A stretch of 64,000 bases of DNA from Planctomycetota bacterium (GTDB lineage: Bacteria; Planctomycetota; B15-G4), in contig JBBQUR010000005.1 in NCBI GenBank assembly GCA_038212275.1, positions 1 through 64,000 on the forward strand, given 5' to 3'. Both the position numbers and the translations under genes were made by a program. Under the pieces are notes generated by a model, which was not told the origin of the DNA, made no database searches, and saw only the letters and a program-made list of their open reading frames with translations. Shown here piece by piece: positions 41,380 to 50,953 of this stretch. Each line of letters begins with the position of its first letter. Position 1 is the stretch's first letter.

Positions 41380-41638
41380 GACGGCGTCTCCCATGCGGCG
41401 GTGGTGCTCACGTCATACGCCCGGCTGAGTGAGGCCGCAAGGGCAGCCGACGCAGGCCTGGGCAGCAAAGCTCCGGTCCCGGCGACGGGCAGCGTCCGAT
41501 AGGCTCCGCGCCCCGAGCCAGCACACGTCGCCGGTGGCGGCCACCAGCTTCTTCGACGTGAACCCGGGCAAGCGGCGACGTGGCCCGTCGCCCTGCCGCC
41601 ACTGGATGCGCTTTTCCTTCGGGCCGCCGCGCGCCCGC

Positions 41639-42280
41639 TCAGCCGGTGATGCCGTTCTCGATGGCGAAGCGGATGATCTGCGCGGTGTTTCCCAGTTCGA
41701 GCTTGGTCATCAGGCGCGCACGATACGTGGACGCGGTGCTTTCGCTGATGTGCATCTGTCCGGCGCATTCCTGCAGGCTCATGCCGCGGCCCATGAAGCG
41801 CAGCAATTCGAATTCGCGCTGGCTGAGCTTGTCGAGTCCCACGTGCTTGCCCTTGGGCCCGCGCAGATGCTGCGCCACCTTCTCGGACAGCCGCGGCGAG
41901 ATGTAGGGCTTGCCCGCAGCCACCAGGTGGATGGCCTTGACCAGTTCCTCGGTGGCGTCGGACTTCACGACGAAGCCCAGTGCGCCTGCGTCCATCGACT
42001 TGAGCACGTAGTGGATGTTGTCGTGCACCGTGAGGATCACGATGCCCACCTCGGGGAATTCCTTGCGGAGTCGCTGCGCCACGGCGGGGCCGTCGAGATC
42101 CGGCAGGGTGTAGTCGAGCACGACCACCTGAGGCGCAGTCGCGGCGACGACGCGCAGCGCGTCGACGCCGTCTCCCGACTGGCCGGCGACCTTGATGCCC
42201 TGCGATTCTTCCAGCAGGTGCGCCAGCCCCTGCCTGACCATCTGGTGGTCATCCACCAGCACGACTCGAATCTCAGCCAT
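41639..42280 (-). CDS. NarL/FixJ-family response regulator
   Basis: VLVDDH, VVLDYTLP, FVVKS; LuxR HTH LSQREFELL...STYRARLMTKL. Confidence 0.92.
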   Translation of the reverse strand: MAEIRVVLVDDHQMVRQGLAHLLEESQGIKVAGQSGDGVDALRVVAATAPQVVVLDYTLPDLDGPAVAQRLRKEFPEVGIVILTVHDNIHYVLKSMDAGALGFVVKSDATEELVKAIHLVAAGKPYISPRLSEKVAQHLRGPKGKHVGLDKLSQREFELLRFMGRGMSLQECAGQMHISESTASTYRARLMTKLELGNTAQIIRFAIENGITG

Positions 42281-45200
42281 GGCGGTCGTTTCCTGATTGA
42301 GCGGCATGTCTTCCCTCCGCGCCGAAGCGCTTGAGCGGTATTGAAACACGAATCGAAGTGCCGCCGTGCGGCGAGGACTGCAGGTCGAAGGTGCCGCCGG
42401 CGAGTTCGGCGCGTTCCCGCATGCTCAGGAGGCCGCAGCGACTCTGCAGGGCCAGCGCCTCCGGCACGAAGCCTCGCCCGTCATCGGTGACGGACAGGGC
42501 AATTTCCTGCTCCGAGGTGGTCAGGCTCACGTCGACGGTCTGGGCCTCCGCGTGCTTCGCCACGTTGGTCAGCGCCTCCTGGAGGATGCGGTAGATGTGT
42601 CCGGCCACTTCGCGTGGGGCCTCCGGCCCCGCGAACTGGAGGTTCGCCTGCACGTCCACGCCGTTGACGGCGGTGAACTCGGTGAGGGCCACGGACACCG
42701 CATTCTGAAGGCCGTGGTCGTCGAGCAGGAGCGGCCTCAGTTCGGAGGACATGCGGCGCACGCGGTCCAGCATCTCGCGCGCCACGCCGTGGGCATGCTC
42801 CAGCGTCTCGCCCCGGCGGCCGGCGTCGGGTTGGCGGGCGGCGCGCTGGATGTCGATGCACAGGGCCGTGCAGATCTGCCCGAGGTTGTCGTGCAGCTCG
42901 CGCGAGAGGCGCTGACGCTCGTCCTCCTGCGTGGACAGCAGGCGCCGCGTGAGCGCCGTGAGGCGTGCATTGAGTTCGGCCTGTTCGGCCTGCGCCAGCT
43001 GGCGCTCGTGCCGCCCCTTCATCCAGCTCATCAACGCCCAGCCGATGGCGAGCAGCAGCACGAGGCCCGCCCCGAACACGGCCCAGGCGGACGCCAGCAG
43101 CGGGGAGCGCTCGCTGACGGAGGGGATCCTGTGCCGCACCGGTTCCGGTTCGATCGCGCCGAGGCTGTCCATCGCCGTGATGGTCAGGCTGTGCGGCCCG
43201 GGCGAGAGCTTGCCGAGCGGGACACGCCGGCTGTTCCTCGTCGACCAGGACTCCGGGGCGGACGTGGCGATGACTTTGTCGTCGACCTCGACGCTGAAGC
43301 GCAGCTGGTCGGCGGGCGTGGCATCCCAGGCATCCACGCCATACCAGCTTGCGACGACTTCGCCGTCATCGCCGAACTCCAGCGACGGCGCCAGCGTGCG
43401 GGGCGGCAGCGTGTCTTCGGGGCAGAAGCGAGCAAGTCCGCCGCCGAGCATGCCGAGCCACAGGCCGTGCTCTCCGTCCGGCAGCAATGGCCAGATCGTG
43501 CGCGCCGGCAGCAGACTCGACACGTCATGGCATGTGTCGCCATCGAGCTGGAAGAGCCCGAGCGCGGAGGCGAACCACACGACGCCGCCTTCCGTCTCGC
43601 AGAAGCTGGCGGCGGGGGCGATGCGACCGCTCTCGGACGTGATCGGATGCCAGGTGCCATCGTGCAGTCGATAGGCGCCGGGCAATTCGAGACCGAGTCC
43701 GACGAGCAGCGAGCCGTCCGCCGTTTCGTGAAGTGCGAAGACGCCACGCTCGGGAGCGATGGGCGGGCCGTTCTTCACCCTTGTCCAGCCGTCGTCGTCC
43801 ATCTGCATCAGGCCGCCGAGCGTGCCGGCCAGCAGCCTGCCGTCGGAGAGTCGCAGCAGGTCGTAGCAGCGCGGCATCGGCTGGCCCTTCGAGTCGGTCA
43901 TGAATTGCGTGAAGGTGTCGCCGCGCAGCCGCACCATCCCGCCGGTCATCCAGTCGCCGCTCATGTCGCCGAGGAGCAGGAACCAGACGTCGTCGCCGTC
44001 GAGGCGGATGGCGTGCACGAAGTGATTGCCGACGCCGCCTTCCTCCTCGGCGTGCAGCGTCCAGTGGCCGTCGTCCAGGCACGCGGCGCCGCGGAAGCCG
44101 GCGCCGCTGCCGACCCAGAGCCTTCGACGGCTGTCCTCGCAGACGGCCGTGACGTGGTCCAGCCGCATGCCGAGCGCCGGCAGCTCGACGTGGACGTCCG
44201 CAAAGCGCGTCCCGTCCCAGCGCGCGACTCCCACGGACGTGCCGGCCCACACGCCGCCTGCGCTGGCGGGATGGAGCGCGTTCACGAAGGCCCCGGCTCC
44301 CACGTCCCGCGGATCATGCTGCTCCCAGCATGACGAGCGCAGGTCGCACACCGCGAGGTCACCGCTGGCGAAGACCACCGCCAGCCGGTCGTCGGGCGTG
44401 AGGCACATCGATCGCACGAAGCCCTGGTGATCGTCGGGCAGGCGGGCCTCGCTCCAGACGCCGTGGTCGAGGACTCGCAGCTGGGGGCCGCGCATCGCGA
44501 CGATGACTTGTTCGTCGGGCGTGGTCGTCACCGCGAGCACCAGGCCCGGAGGGTCGATGCCCTTGAGCAGCGACATCCGTTCACCGTCCCAGCGATAGCC
44601 GCCCGAGCTGGCCTCGAGCACCAGCGGCAGCAGGCAGACCTGCTTGTCGAGGGTCACAGCGCCCTTGAACCTCGGCAGGTTCCGGGGCAGCTCCGGTGCC
44701 GGAGCGACCTGCTCCCAGACATCGCCGGCGCGGCGACTCAGCGTCCGGTCCGTGTACGCCCAGGGCGCGCCGTCCGGACCGAGGAACACGCCGCCGAGAT
44801 GCTGCGGGCGCGCCGGAGCCGGAAAGGCCTCGTGCATGCCCGATTCGTCGATGCGGACGATCCGGTCACCGATGCCGACGAGCAGCGAACCATCCGGCAT
44901 GTGGCACGGCTTCGTGATCTGATACGGATTCTCCGCCTCCACGAGCGTCGTCACCGTGCCGGCGCCGCTGATCGACAGGATCGCGCTGTCGAAGATCGCG
45001 ATCAGGCCGTCGGGCTGCGGAACGACGTCGTGCATGGCCTGGCACCGGCAGTCCCCCCCAGCCGGGCTCGCGCTTCCAGGTGTATCCGTCGTACGCGAGC
45101 AGCCCGCGGTCGTCCATGGCGATGAGGCCCCGCGCTTCCACGGACGCACCTCTGAAAAACGCGCCGTGCCGCCCGGGCCTTCGATGGTGCGCCAGCGCCA

Positions 45201-45398
45201 GGTCTCGCTGAGCTTCTCGACGAGCGGGATCGGCGGCGCCTTCGGCGTGACCGGCATCTTGCGCGCCGCGGGCGCCACGGGAGCCTGCAACGACGACGGC
45301 TGCCCGGCACTGGCCATCTGCTGAGCGACGCTGGTCGCGGCAAGCGCGCCGAGGAGCGCGCCCGCGGTGAACAACGAAAAGAGCCTCACTGTGAACAC
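42273..45398 (-). CDS. Sensor histidine kinase (HisKA_3) with extracellular beta-propeller domain; local compensating frameshift at ~45040-45135
   Basis: Signal peptide, Reg_prop-like repeats (EDSRRRLWVG), one TM helix, ERQRLSRELHD, QEALTNVAKHA, DDGRGF, GLLSMRER. Confidence 0.88.
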   Translation of the reverse strand: MFTVRLFSLFTAGALLGALAATSVAQQMASAGQPSSLQAPVAPAARKMPVTPKAPPIPLVEKLSETWRWRTIEGPGGTARFSEVRPWKRGASSPWTTAGCSRTTDTPGSASPAGGDCRCQAMHDVVPQPDGLIAIFDSAILSISGAGTVTTLVEAENPYQITKPCHMPDGSLLVGIGDRIVRIDESGMHEAFPAPARPQHLGGVFLGPDGAPWAYTDRTLSRRAGDVWEQVAPAPELPRNLPRFKGAVTLDKQVCLLPLVLEASSGGYRWDGERMSLLKGIDPPGLVLAVTTTPDEQVIVAMRGPQLRVLDHGVWSEARLPDDHQGFVRSMCLTPDDRLAVVFASGDLAVCDLRSSCWEQHDPRDVGAGAFVNALHPASAGGVWAGTSVGVARWDGTRFADVHVELPALGMRLDHVTAVCEDSRRRLWVGSGAGFRGAACLDDGHWTLHAEEEGGVGNHFVHAIRLDGDDVWFLLLGDMSGDWMTGGMVRLRGDTFTQFMTDSKGQPMPRCYDLLRLSDGRLLAGTLGGLMQMDDDGWTRVKNGPPIAPERGVFALHETADGSLLVGLGLELPGAYRLHDGTWHPITSESGRIAPAASFCETEGGVVWFASALGLFQLDGDTCHDVSSLLPARTIWPLLPDGEHGLWLGMLGGGLARFCPEDTLPPRTLAPSLEFGDDGEVVASWYGVDAWDATPADQLRFSVEVDDKVIATSAPESWSTRNSRRVPLGKLSPGPHSLTITAMDSLGAIEPEPVRHRIPSVSERSPLLASAWAVFGAGLVLLLAIGWALMSWMKGRHERQLAQAEQAELNARLTALTRRLLSTQEDERQRLSRELHDNLGQICTALCIDIQRAARQPDAGRRGETLEHAHGVAREMLDRVRRMSSELRPLLLDDHGLQNAVSVALTEFTAVNGVDVQANLQFAGPEAPREVAGHIYRILQEALTNVAKHAEAQTVDVSLTTSEQEIALSVTDDGRGFVPEALALQSRCGLLSMRERAELAGGTFDLQSSPHGGTSIRVSIPLKRFGAEGRHAAQSGNDRHG

Positions 45399-45528
45399 AG
45401 TGCCTTCCCGGCGGCAGCAACTCTTCGGAACGACGCAACTCATCCGGTTTCGGGTCGCGGATGGAAGGGAGTGTCAGCCACCCCGATGTTAGCAGACCTC
45501 CCGGCGCGCTTGCGCGCCGGATCGATCC

Positions 45529-47892
45529 TCAGGAGGGGACCAGCAGGCCCGCCTCCAGCGCCGTGGCGAGGCACTGCGCCGCCACGGCACGATGCTCGGC
45601 GCCGAAGACCTCCAGCGCGGACGAGGTGTCGCCGGCGAGCGCCGCATCCAAGAGCGGCGCGACATCCGAACCCAGATCCAGGAAGCGGTGCTCCTTCCCG
45701 AGGAAGGCGAGCAGGCTCGGCGCCGCCTGGACGGACGTCGCGCCGGGCGCCGCGTGGGAATCGCTGCGCGCCACGCCCCCGAGCGGCGTCGGATCGCTCC
45801 ACGCGCGATCGAGCCGGGCGCGCACCGCGCCGTAGGGAAAGGGCACGCGCGCCAGGTGGGCGTCCGCGCGAAGGGCCAGGCGCGCCGGCAGTCCGGCCGC
45901 GTCGGTGGAGCCTGCAGCGGAGGTGGCGGCTGCGGTCGAGCCGGCGCGAGCTGTCGTCCGCGAGGCCGGTGCCGTGGCCGGTTCGCTCCGGAACACATCG
46001 CGACCGAAGCGGCACAGGTACAGGAAGATGTGGCTCTTGTAGCGGTAGTAGAGGAAGTTCTCGCCGCGCAGTGCGGGCAGGGCCGCCGTCGCGGCGCCGA
46101 GCACGTCGTGGAAGGCCAGCCGCACCTGCTCCGGCGACATGCCCGAGGCCGAGACGTGGCCGAGGTAGCGCGCGAGATCCTCGCGCGGCTTCTGGCCGGC
46201 GCGGGGCGCGCCCGGGAGAAAGTCGCGCGGGTCGTCGATGACACGCGCGATGCCGAAGCGGCCGGGCTCCCGGTACATCGGCGACACCATGTCCAGGTTG
46301 AAGATCTGCAGGCTGATCTCGCCGATCCAGTCCGCGTTGCGCTCGATGAAGCGGCGCGTGCTGTCGGCCTCCTCGGTCGTTTCCGTGGGCAAGCCGACCA
46401 TGGTGTAGAGCGTGGCCGAGATGCCGGCCTCGTGCGTGGCGCGGATGACGCGCTCCGCTTCGTCGAGGCGCGTGCCCTTCTCCACGAGATCCAGCACGCG
46501 CTGGCTGCCGCTCTCGAATCCGAACATGAGCTTGCGGCAGCCGGCCGCATGCAGGCGCGCGAGCGACTCCCGGTTGAAGATCCGCTCCTCCATGCGCGCG
46601 TCGCACCACCAGAAGACGTCGAGTTTCGCCGCGGCGAAGGCGTCGGGGATGCGCTTCGCCAGCAGCGGCGGCATGTCGTCCATGATGAAGTAGAAGTAGG
46701 GCGTGCCATGGCGCGCCACGAGCGTCTGCAGGTCGGACACGAGGCGCTCCACGCTGCGCTCGCGGTAGGTCGGTCCGATGGCCGTGTAGAGCGTGCAGAA
46801 GCCGCACTTCTCGTAGTAGCAGCCGCGCGTCGGCGCGACGGGCAGCACCAGCTCGCCGGAGAAGTAGTCGTGCAGCGGCAGGTCCGTGAAGTCGGGGCAC
46901 GGCAGTTCGTCGATGGGCAGCGGCAGCAGCTCGCCGTTCGTGCGCACGGTGCCGGCCGCGTCGCGCCACACGAGATTGCTCACGCCCGAGAGGTCCGGCG
47001 CGGGGTGCGCGGCGTCGGCGCCGCCGCGGGGTCGTGCCGCGTGCGACTCGCGGGCGCGGGCCGCACCGCCGGCCGCTGCGACGGCGCGGCACAGTTCGAG
47101 CAGCGGGCGCTCGCCTTCGTAGACGATGAGGCTGTCCACGCGGTCGAAGAAGGGCGCCGTCGCCGCGAGGCGGTTGCCGACGTAGGCAAGCATGCCGCCG
47201 CCCAGGGTGATGTGGATCGCGGGCCAGCGCGCCTTCACGAGGCTTGCGAGCGTGAGCGCCGGCACCATCTGGCTGCCGTAGGTCACGCTGATGCCGAGCA
47301 CGTCGGGCTGCATCGCCTCGATGCGCGGCAGCGCGTGCTGCTCGTAGAACTCGCGGAACATGTTGCCGTGCTCCGCGTCCACGCCGGCAAAGAGCTCGGC
47401 CGCACTGTCGATCGACGTGGCCTGCGTGTAGTTGTGTCCGGTGAAGAGCGAGGGTTCGTACTCGGTGGAGATGAGCTTGAGCCCCGCCTCGAAGGTGCGC
47501 ATGGCCCACAGATACTGCTGCCGGTCGAAGAAGCGCGTGCGGTCGCGGATCACGGCCTTGGCCTCGTCCATGTGCGTGGAGAGGTACGGGCCCGCGGCGA
47601 GGGCGTCCGCGTAGAGGCGATAGCGGTCGAAGTCCTGCGGCGGCAGCTCGTCGACGCGGCCGGCTTCCCACGCGGCGGCGCGGCCGCGGATGCGCTCGAG
47701 CGCGAGCGCGAGGCGGGCATCGCTGACCAGCGTGTCGTACGCGTCGAGATTGAGATCCCACACCGTGGCGCCCGGAAAGCCGTGCTGCGCGAGCCATGCC
47801 TTCAGCGAGGGCAGGGCGAGATAGGGCTGGGTTGGATGGCCCTGCGGCGGGAAGACGAGCAGCACGCGGAGGTCTGCGGGAGCAAGTGTCAT
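45529..47892 (-). CDS. Cobalamin-binding radical SAM protein
   Basis: VLLVFPP...PYLALPSL, PDVLGIS, YEGERPL, TRGCYYEKCGFC, FGFESGSQRVL; ATGA overlap with the upstream gene. Confidence 0.9.
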   Translation of the reverse strand: MTLAPADLRVLLVFPPQGHPTQPYLALPSLKAWLAQHGFPGATVWDLNLDAYDTLVSDARLALALERIRGRAAAWEAGRVDELPPQDFDRYRLYADALAAGPYLSTHMDEAKAVIRDRTRFFDRQQYLWAMRTFEAGLKLISTEYEPSLFTGHNYTQATSIDSAAELFAGVDAEHGNMFREFYEQHALPRIEAMQPDVLGISVTYGSQMVPALTLASLVKARWPAIHITLGGGMLAYVGNRLAATAPFFDRVDSLIVYEGERPLLELCRAVAAAGGAARARESHAARPRGGADAAHPAPDLSGVSNLVWRDAAGTVRTNGELLPLPIDELPCPDFTDLPLHDYFSGELVLPVAPTRGCYYEKCGFCTLYTAIGPTYRERSVERLVSDLQTLVARHGTPYFYFIMDDMPPLLAKRIPDAFAAAKLDVFWWCDARMEERIFNRESLARLHAAGCRKLMFGFESGSQRVLDLVEKGTRLDEAERVIRATHEAGISATLYTMVGLPTETTEEADSTRRFIERNADWIGEISLQIFNLDMVSPMYREPGRFGIARVIDDPRDFLPGAPRAGQKPREDLARYLGHVSASGMSPEQVRLAFHDVLGAATAALPALRGENFLYYRYKSHIFLYLCRFGRDVFRSEPATAPASRTTARAGSTAAATSAAGSTDAAGLPARLALRADAHLARVPFPYGAVRARLDRAWSDPTPLGGVARSDSHAAPGATSVQAAPSLLAFLGKEHRFLDLGSDVAPLLDAALAGDTSSALEVFGAEHRAVAAQCLATALEAGLLVPS

Positions 47893-50030
47893 CGGGTCTG
47901 GTCCGGGAGGGTGCGGCAATCGGTCGCGTGTTGTCCGGCCGTGACGGAAGCGAGCGCGCGTGAGGCGGCTTCCCGATGCCGGAACAGGGGCGTGGCGAGG
48001 GCATCGCGCGCCAGTTCGGGCCAGCGCTGCGCAAGCGCTTCGTCGGGGAGGCCCGCGCACACGTCGGCCACAAAGGGCGCCAGGACGAAGGTCGACACGC
48101 GGTCCCCGCGGCGCACGCACAGCGTGTCCACGGGCCCCGAGGCGACCTGCGGCGGCCAGGCCTGCGCCTCGAGGGCCGCCACGAGCGCGCGCGGATCGTG
48201 CGCGAATCGGTCGAGGCGCGGTTCCAGGGTGCCATGCAGCGCCTCCTCGTAACGCGCCAGCGTCGAGACGAACGCGGAGCCGGCACGACGCGCGAATGCG
48301 CCGGTCGCGCAGACCGCCGCGCGGCGCGTGAGCACGGCCGGCTCCTCGCGCTCCGCATCGGGCACGCCGAGCGGCGGCTCGGCGAGTGCGGGAAGGAGTG
48401 CGTCGAGCAGCAGCTCCGCGAGGGGGCGTCCGGTTTCTAAGGCGAGCGCAAGCAGCGTGCGCGGCAGCACCTCCAGCACCAGGTGCGCATGGCGCGTCAG
48501 CACGAAAAGCTCGCGCGGCGTGGCGTAGGCCGGAGCGAAGACGCGGAAGCCCGCAAAGATCTCGCCGTCATCCGCGATGAGCCGGAGCTGCACGGGATTC
48601 ACGTATCCGGCCGGCAGGTCATGCCCGCGCACGAGGTCCGCGAAGAGGCCGGGTCGCAGCGCCAGCGCCCTGTCGCCTGCCTCGCCTGCCTCGCGTGTCC
48701 CGCGTGTCCCGCGTGGCTCGGCTGGCTCGGCTGGCTCGCGCGGCTCGGCTGGCTCGCGCGGCTCGGCTGGAGTCGCATGGGGCGGTCCCAGCGACTCGGC
48801 CTGGCCGTTCCCGGGCGTGACGTTGAACCAGTGCAGCGACAGCGAGACGCCGCGGATCGTCGCGCACTGCGCCATGAGGCGCAGGTTGCGGTCGAGATCG
48901 TCCGCGGTCTCGCCGGGCACGCCGGCCATCGTGCCGAGGATGGCCGCGATGCCCGAGGCCTCGACGGTGGCCAGCGCCGCCCGCACGTCGAGGGCCGCCG
49001 CGCGACCGCCCTTGTTCACGCGCGCCAGGACGGCGGGGCTGATGCTCTCGACGCCGAAGAGGATGCGCGTGCAGCCGGCGGCGGCCATGCCGTCCAGCAG
49101 CTCCGCATCGACGAGGTCGAGGCGCGTGCGGCACTCCCACGGCAGCCCGATGCCACGGCGCGTTTTCTCGGCGCAGATCGCCAGTACCGAGGCGCGGTCG
49201 AAGGTGAACAGGTCGTGCGTGACGTAGGCGCTGCCGACGCCGAGCGCCGCGAGCCGCGCGAACTCGTCCGCCGCGCGGGCCGGCGAGAGGTGCCGCGCCG
49301 TGCGCTGCCAGAAGACCGGCGTGCTGCAGAAGCTGCACGCGAAAGTGCAGCCGCGACCGAGGTCGATGGGGAACATCGCTTCCGCCTGGCCCGCTGCGGC
49401 GGCATAGGCCGACGGCGCCTCGCACAGGTCCCACGCGGGGGGCGGCACGAGGTCGAGCGGCACGAGCTGCGAGCGCGGCGCGGTGCGCAGCGGCCGGCCG
49501 TCCACGCGCACGACGAGCCCCGGCACGTCGCGCACCTCCCGCAGGCCGGGTCCGTCGGGTCCGTCGGCTGACCGCGTGGCAGGGCCGCAGGTCGCGTCGA
49601 GCCACTCGGCCAGCGTCCGGTCGGCCTCGCCGACGGCCACGGCGTCCACGGCCGCGTGCCGTTCGAGGACGCGCTCCTCGACCTGCTCGGGACCCTGTCC
49701 GCCGAGAATGATCGGCACGCGGGGCAGTTGCCGTCGCAGCGCAGCCGCCAGTTCCAGCGCCATGGGCATGGACGAGAGCATCGCGCCGAGGCCGATCGCG
49801 TCGGGCCGCTCCTGCGCGACGCGCCCGGCGCAGCGCTCGGCCAGCCGATCGGCGTCGGCGGGCGTTGCGGCAGGCAGCTCGCCGCGGCGCACCAGGAGCG
49901 CGAAGTCGAGAAAGCGCACCTCGTGCCCGGCCTCGCGAGCGCCCGCCGCCGCGTGCAGCAGCCCGACCGGCGGCATCGAGTAGCCGAAGGTGTCGCGGTG
50001 GGGCGGTTGCAGCAGGACGACGCGGGCCAT
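47889..50030 (-). CDS. Cobalamin-binding radical SAM protein
   Basis: MPPVGL, PDAIGL, ILGGQGP, GEAD, GRGCTFACSFC, FGVES; internal PAEPRE repeat insert. Confidence 0.9.
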   Translation of the reverse strand: MARVVLLQPPHRDTFGYSMPPVGLLHAAAGAREAGHEVRFLDFALLVRRGELPAATPADADRLAERCAGRVAQERPDAIGLGAMLSSMPMALELAAALRRQLPRVPIILGGQGPEQVEERVLERHAAVDAVAVGEADRTLAEWLDATCGPATRSADGPDGPGLREVRDVPGLVVRVDGRPLRTAPRSQLVPLDLVPPPAWDLCEAPSAYAAAAGQAEAMFPIDLGRGCTFACSFCSTPVFWQRTARHLSPARAADEFARLAALGVGSAYVTHDLFTFDRASVLAICAEKTRRGIGLPWECRTRLDLVDAELLDGMAAAGCTRILFGVESISPAVLARVNKGGRAAALDVRAALATVEASGIAAILGTMAGVPGETADDLDRNLRLMAQCATIRGVSLSLHWFNVTPGNGQAESLGPPHATPAEPREPAEPREPAEPAEPRGTRGTREAGEAGDRALALRPGLFADLVRGHDLPAGYVNPVQLRLIADDGEIFAGFRVFAPAYATPRELFVLTRHAHLVLEVLPRTLLALALETGRPLAELLLDALLPALAEPPLGVPDAEREEPAVLTRRAAVCATGAFARRAGSAFVSTLARYEEALHGTLEPRLDRFAHDPRALVAALEAQAWPPQVASGPVDTLCVRRGDRVSTFVLAPFVADVCAGLPDEALAQRWPELARDALATPLFRHREAASRALASVTAGQHATDCRTLPDQTR

Positions 50031-50214
50031 CGGGGCCGAACCTACCACGCCCGACCGGTGCGCCCGGGCAGGCAGAGGACGGGAATCGAGCGCGGAGAGT
50101 CGGCGCGCCGGCGCGGCGAAGGCGGCCGTGCGGGGCTTGCCCGGCGCCGGGCCGCTCCCTATCATCCGCCGCTCCAACGACGGAGGCGGCCCCACGGGGT
50201 CGCGCACTGTCGGC

Positions 50215-50291
50215 GGGGGTGTAGCTCAGTTGGTTAGAGCGCTAGCCTGTCACGCTAGAAGTCGAGGGTTCGAGTCCCTTCACCCTCGCCA
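50215..50291 (+). tRNA. tRNA-Asp (GTC)
   Basis: GGGGGTG/CACCCTC acceptor stem, D-arm AGCTCAGTTGGTTAGAGC, anticodon arm CTAGC-CTGTCAC-GCTAG, GGTTCGAGTCC, encoded CCA. Confidence 0.97.
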
Positions 50292-50446
50292 TTCTCGTGC
50301 CCTGCGGTGACGTCCCATCCCGCCGCGCGCCGAGACCGGCGATCGGCGCCTTGAGATCCGCGACGCCCGCTCCGCCCGCGACGCCCGCTCCGGCCGCGCC
50401 GCCCGATCCGGCTGGCCGCCGGAGTCCGGGGCGACGAGCCGAGCGC

Positions 50447-50833
50447 TCAGAGTTCGAGTCCCAGCACGATCGGGCGATAGCCGTGATCGGAGAGCAGGTC
50501 GTCCTTGAACTCGAGCCTCAGTGCGCGGGCCGGGATGATGATGCCGTAGCGCTCCGGCAGGTAGATCCAGGTGTTGCCCGCATCGTTCATCTCGGCGGGA
50601 GAGCCCAGCATCAGCAGGACTTCCATTTTGGTCATGCCGTCCCGCAACTGGTCGGCGGCCTTCTCCACCCTCGAGAACTCGTAGCGCTGGTTGCCGCGCG
50701 GGATGAGCTGGCCCGTCGCGGTGTCCTCGGTGACGCAGGCGGTCAGGCTGCAGGCGGCGGCCAGCACGGTGCAGAGAACTACCGCGGGCGAACGGCGGCG
50801 TGAGGCGGTGCTGCGGGCAGGACGCTGAGGCAT
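50447..50833 (-). CDS. Small lipoprotein, SmpA/OmlA (BamE-like) domain
   Basis: Lipobox LTAC; QLRDGMTKMEVLLMLGSP...WIY. Confidence 0.7.
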   Translation of the reverse strand: MPQRPARSTASRRRSPAVVLCTVLAAACSLTACVTEDTATGQLIPRGNQRYEFSRVEKAADQLRDGMTKMEVLLMLGSPAEMNDAGNTWIYLPERYGIIIPARALRLEFKDDLLSDHGYRPIVLGLEL

Positions 50834-50953
50834 GTCGGTCGGCACGGGATCTCTCCGGGGTTGCGCGAGGGGCTGCAATCCTAGCGACTGATCGGCGGCT
50901 TTGATCGCCGCTTTGCCTTGGCGCCGGCGCGGCTGCTCGCGGACAATCGACGC

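Noticed and set aside
50215..50291. tRNA-anchored integrative element
   Set aside because: No integrase, and I saw no duplicate of the tRNA 3' end in the window
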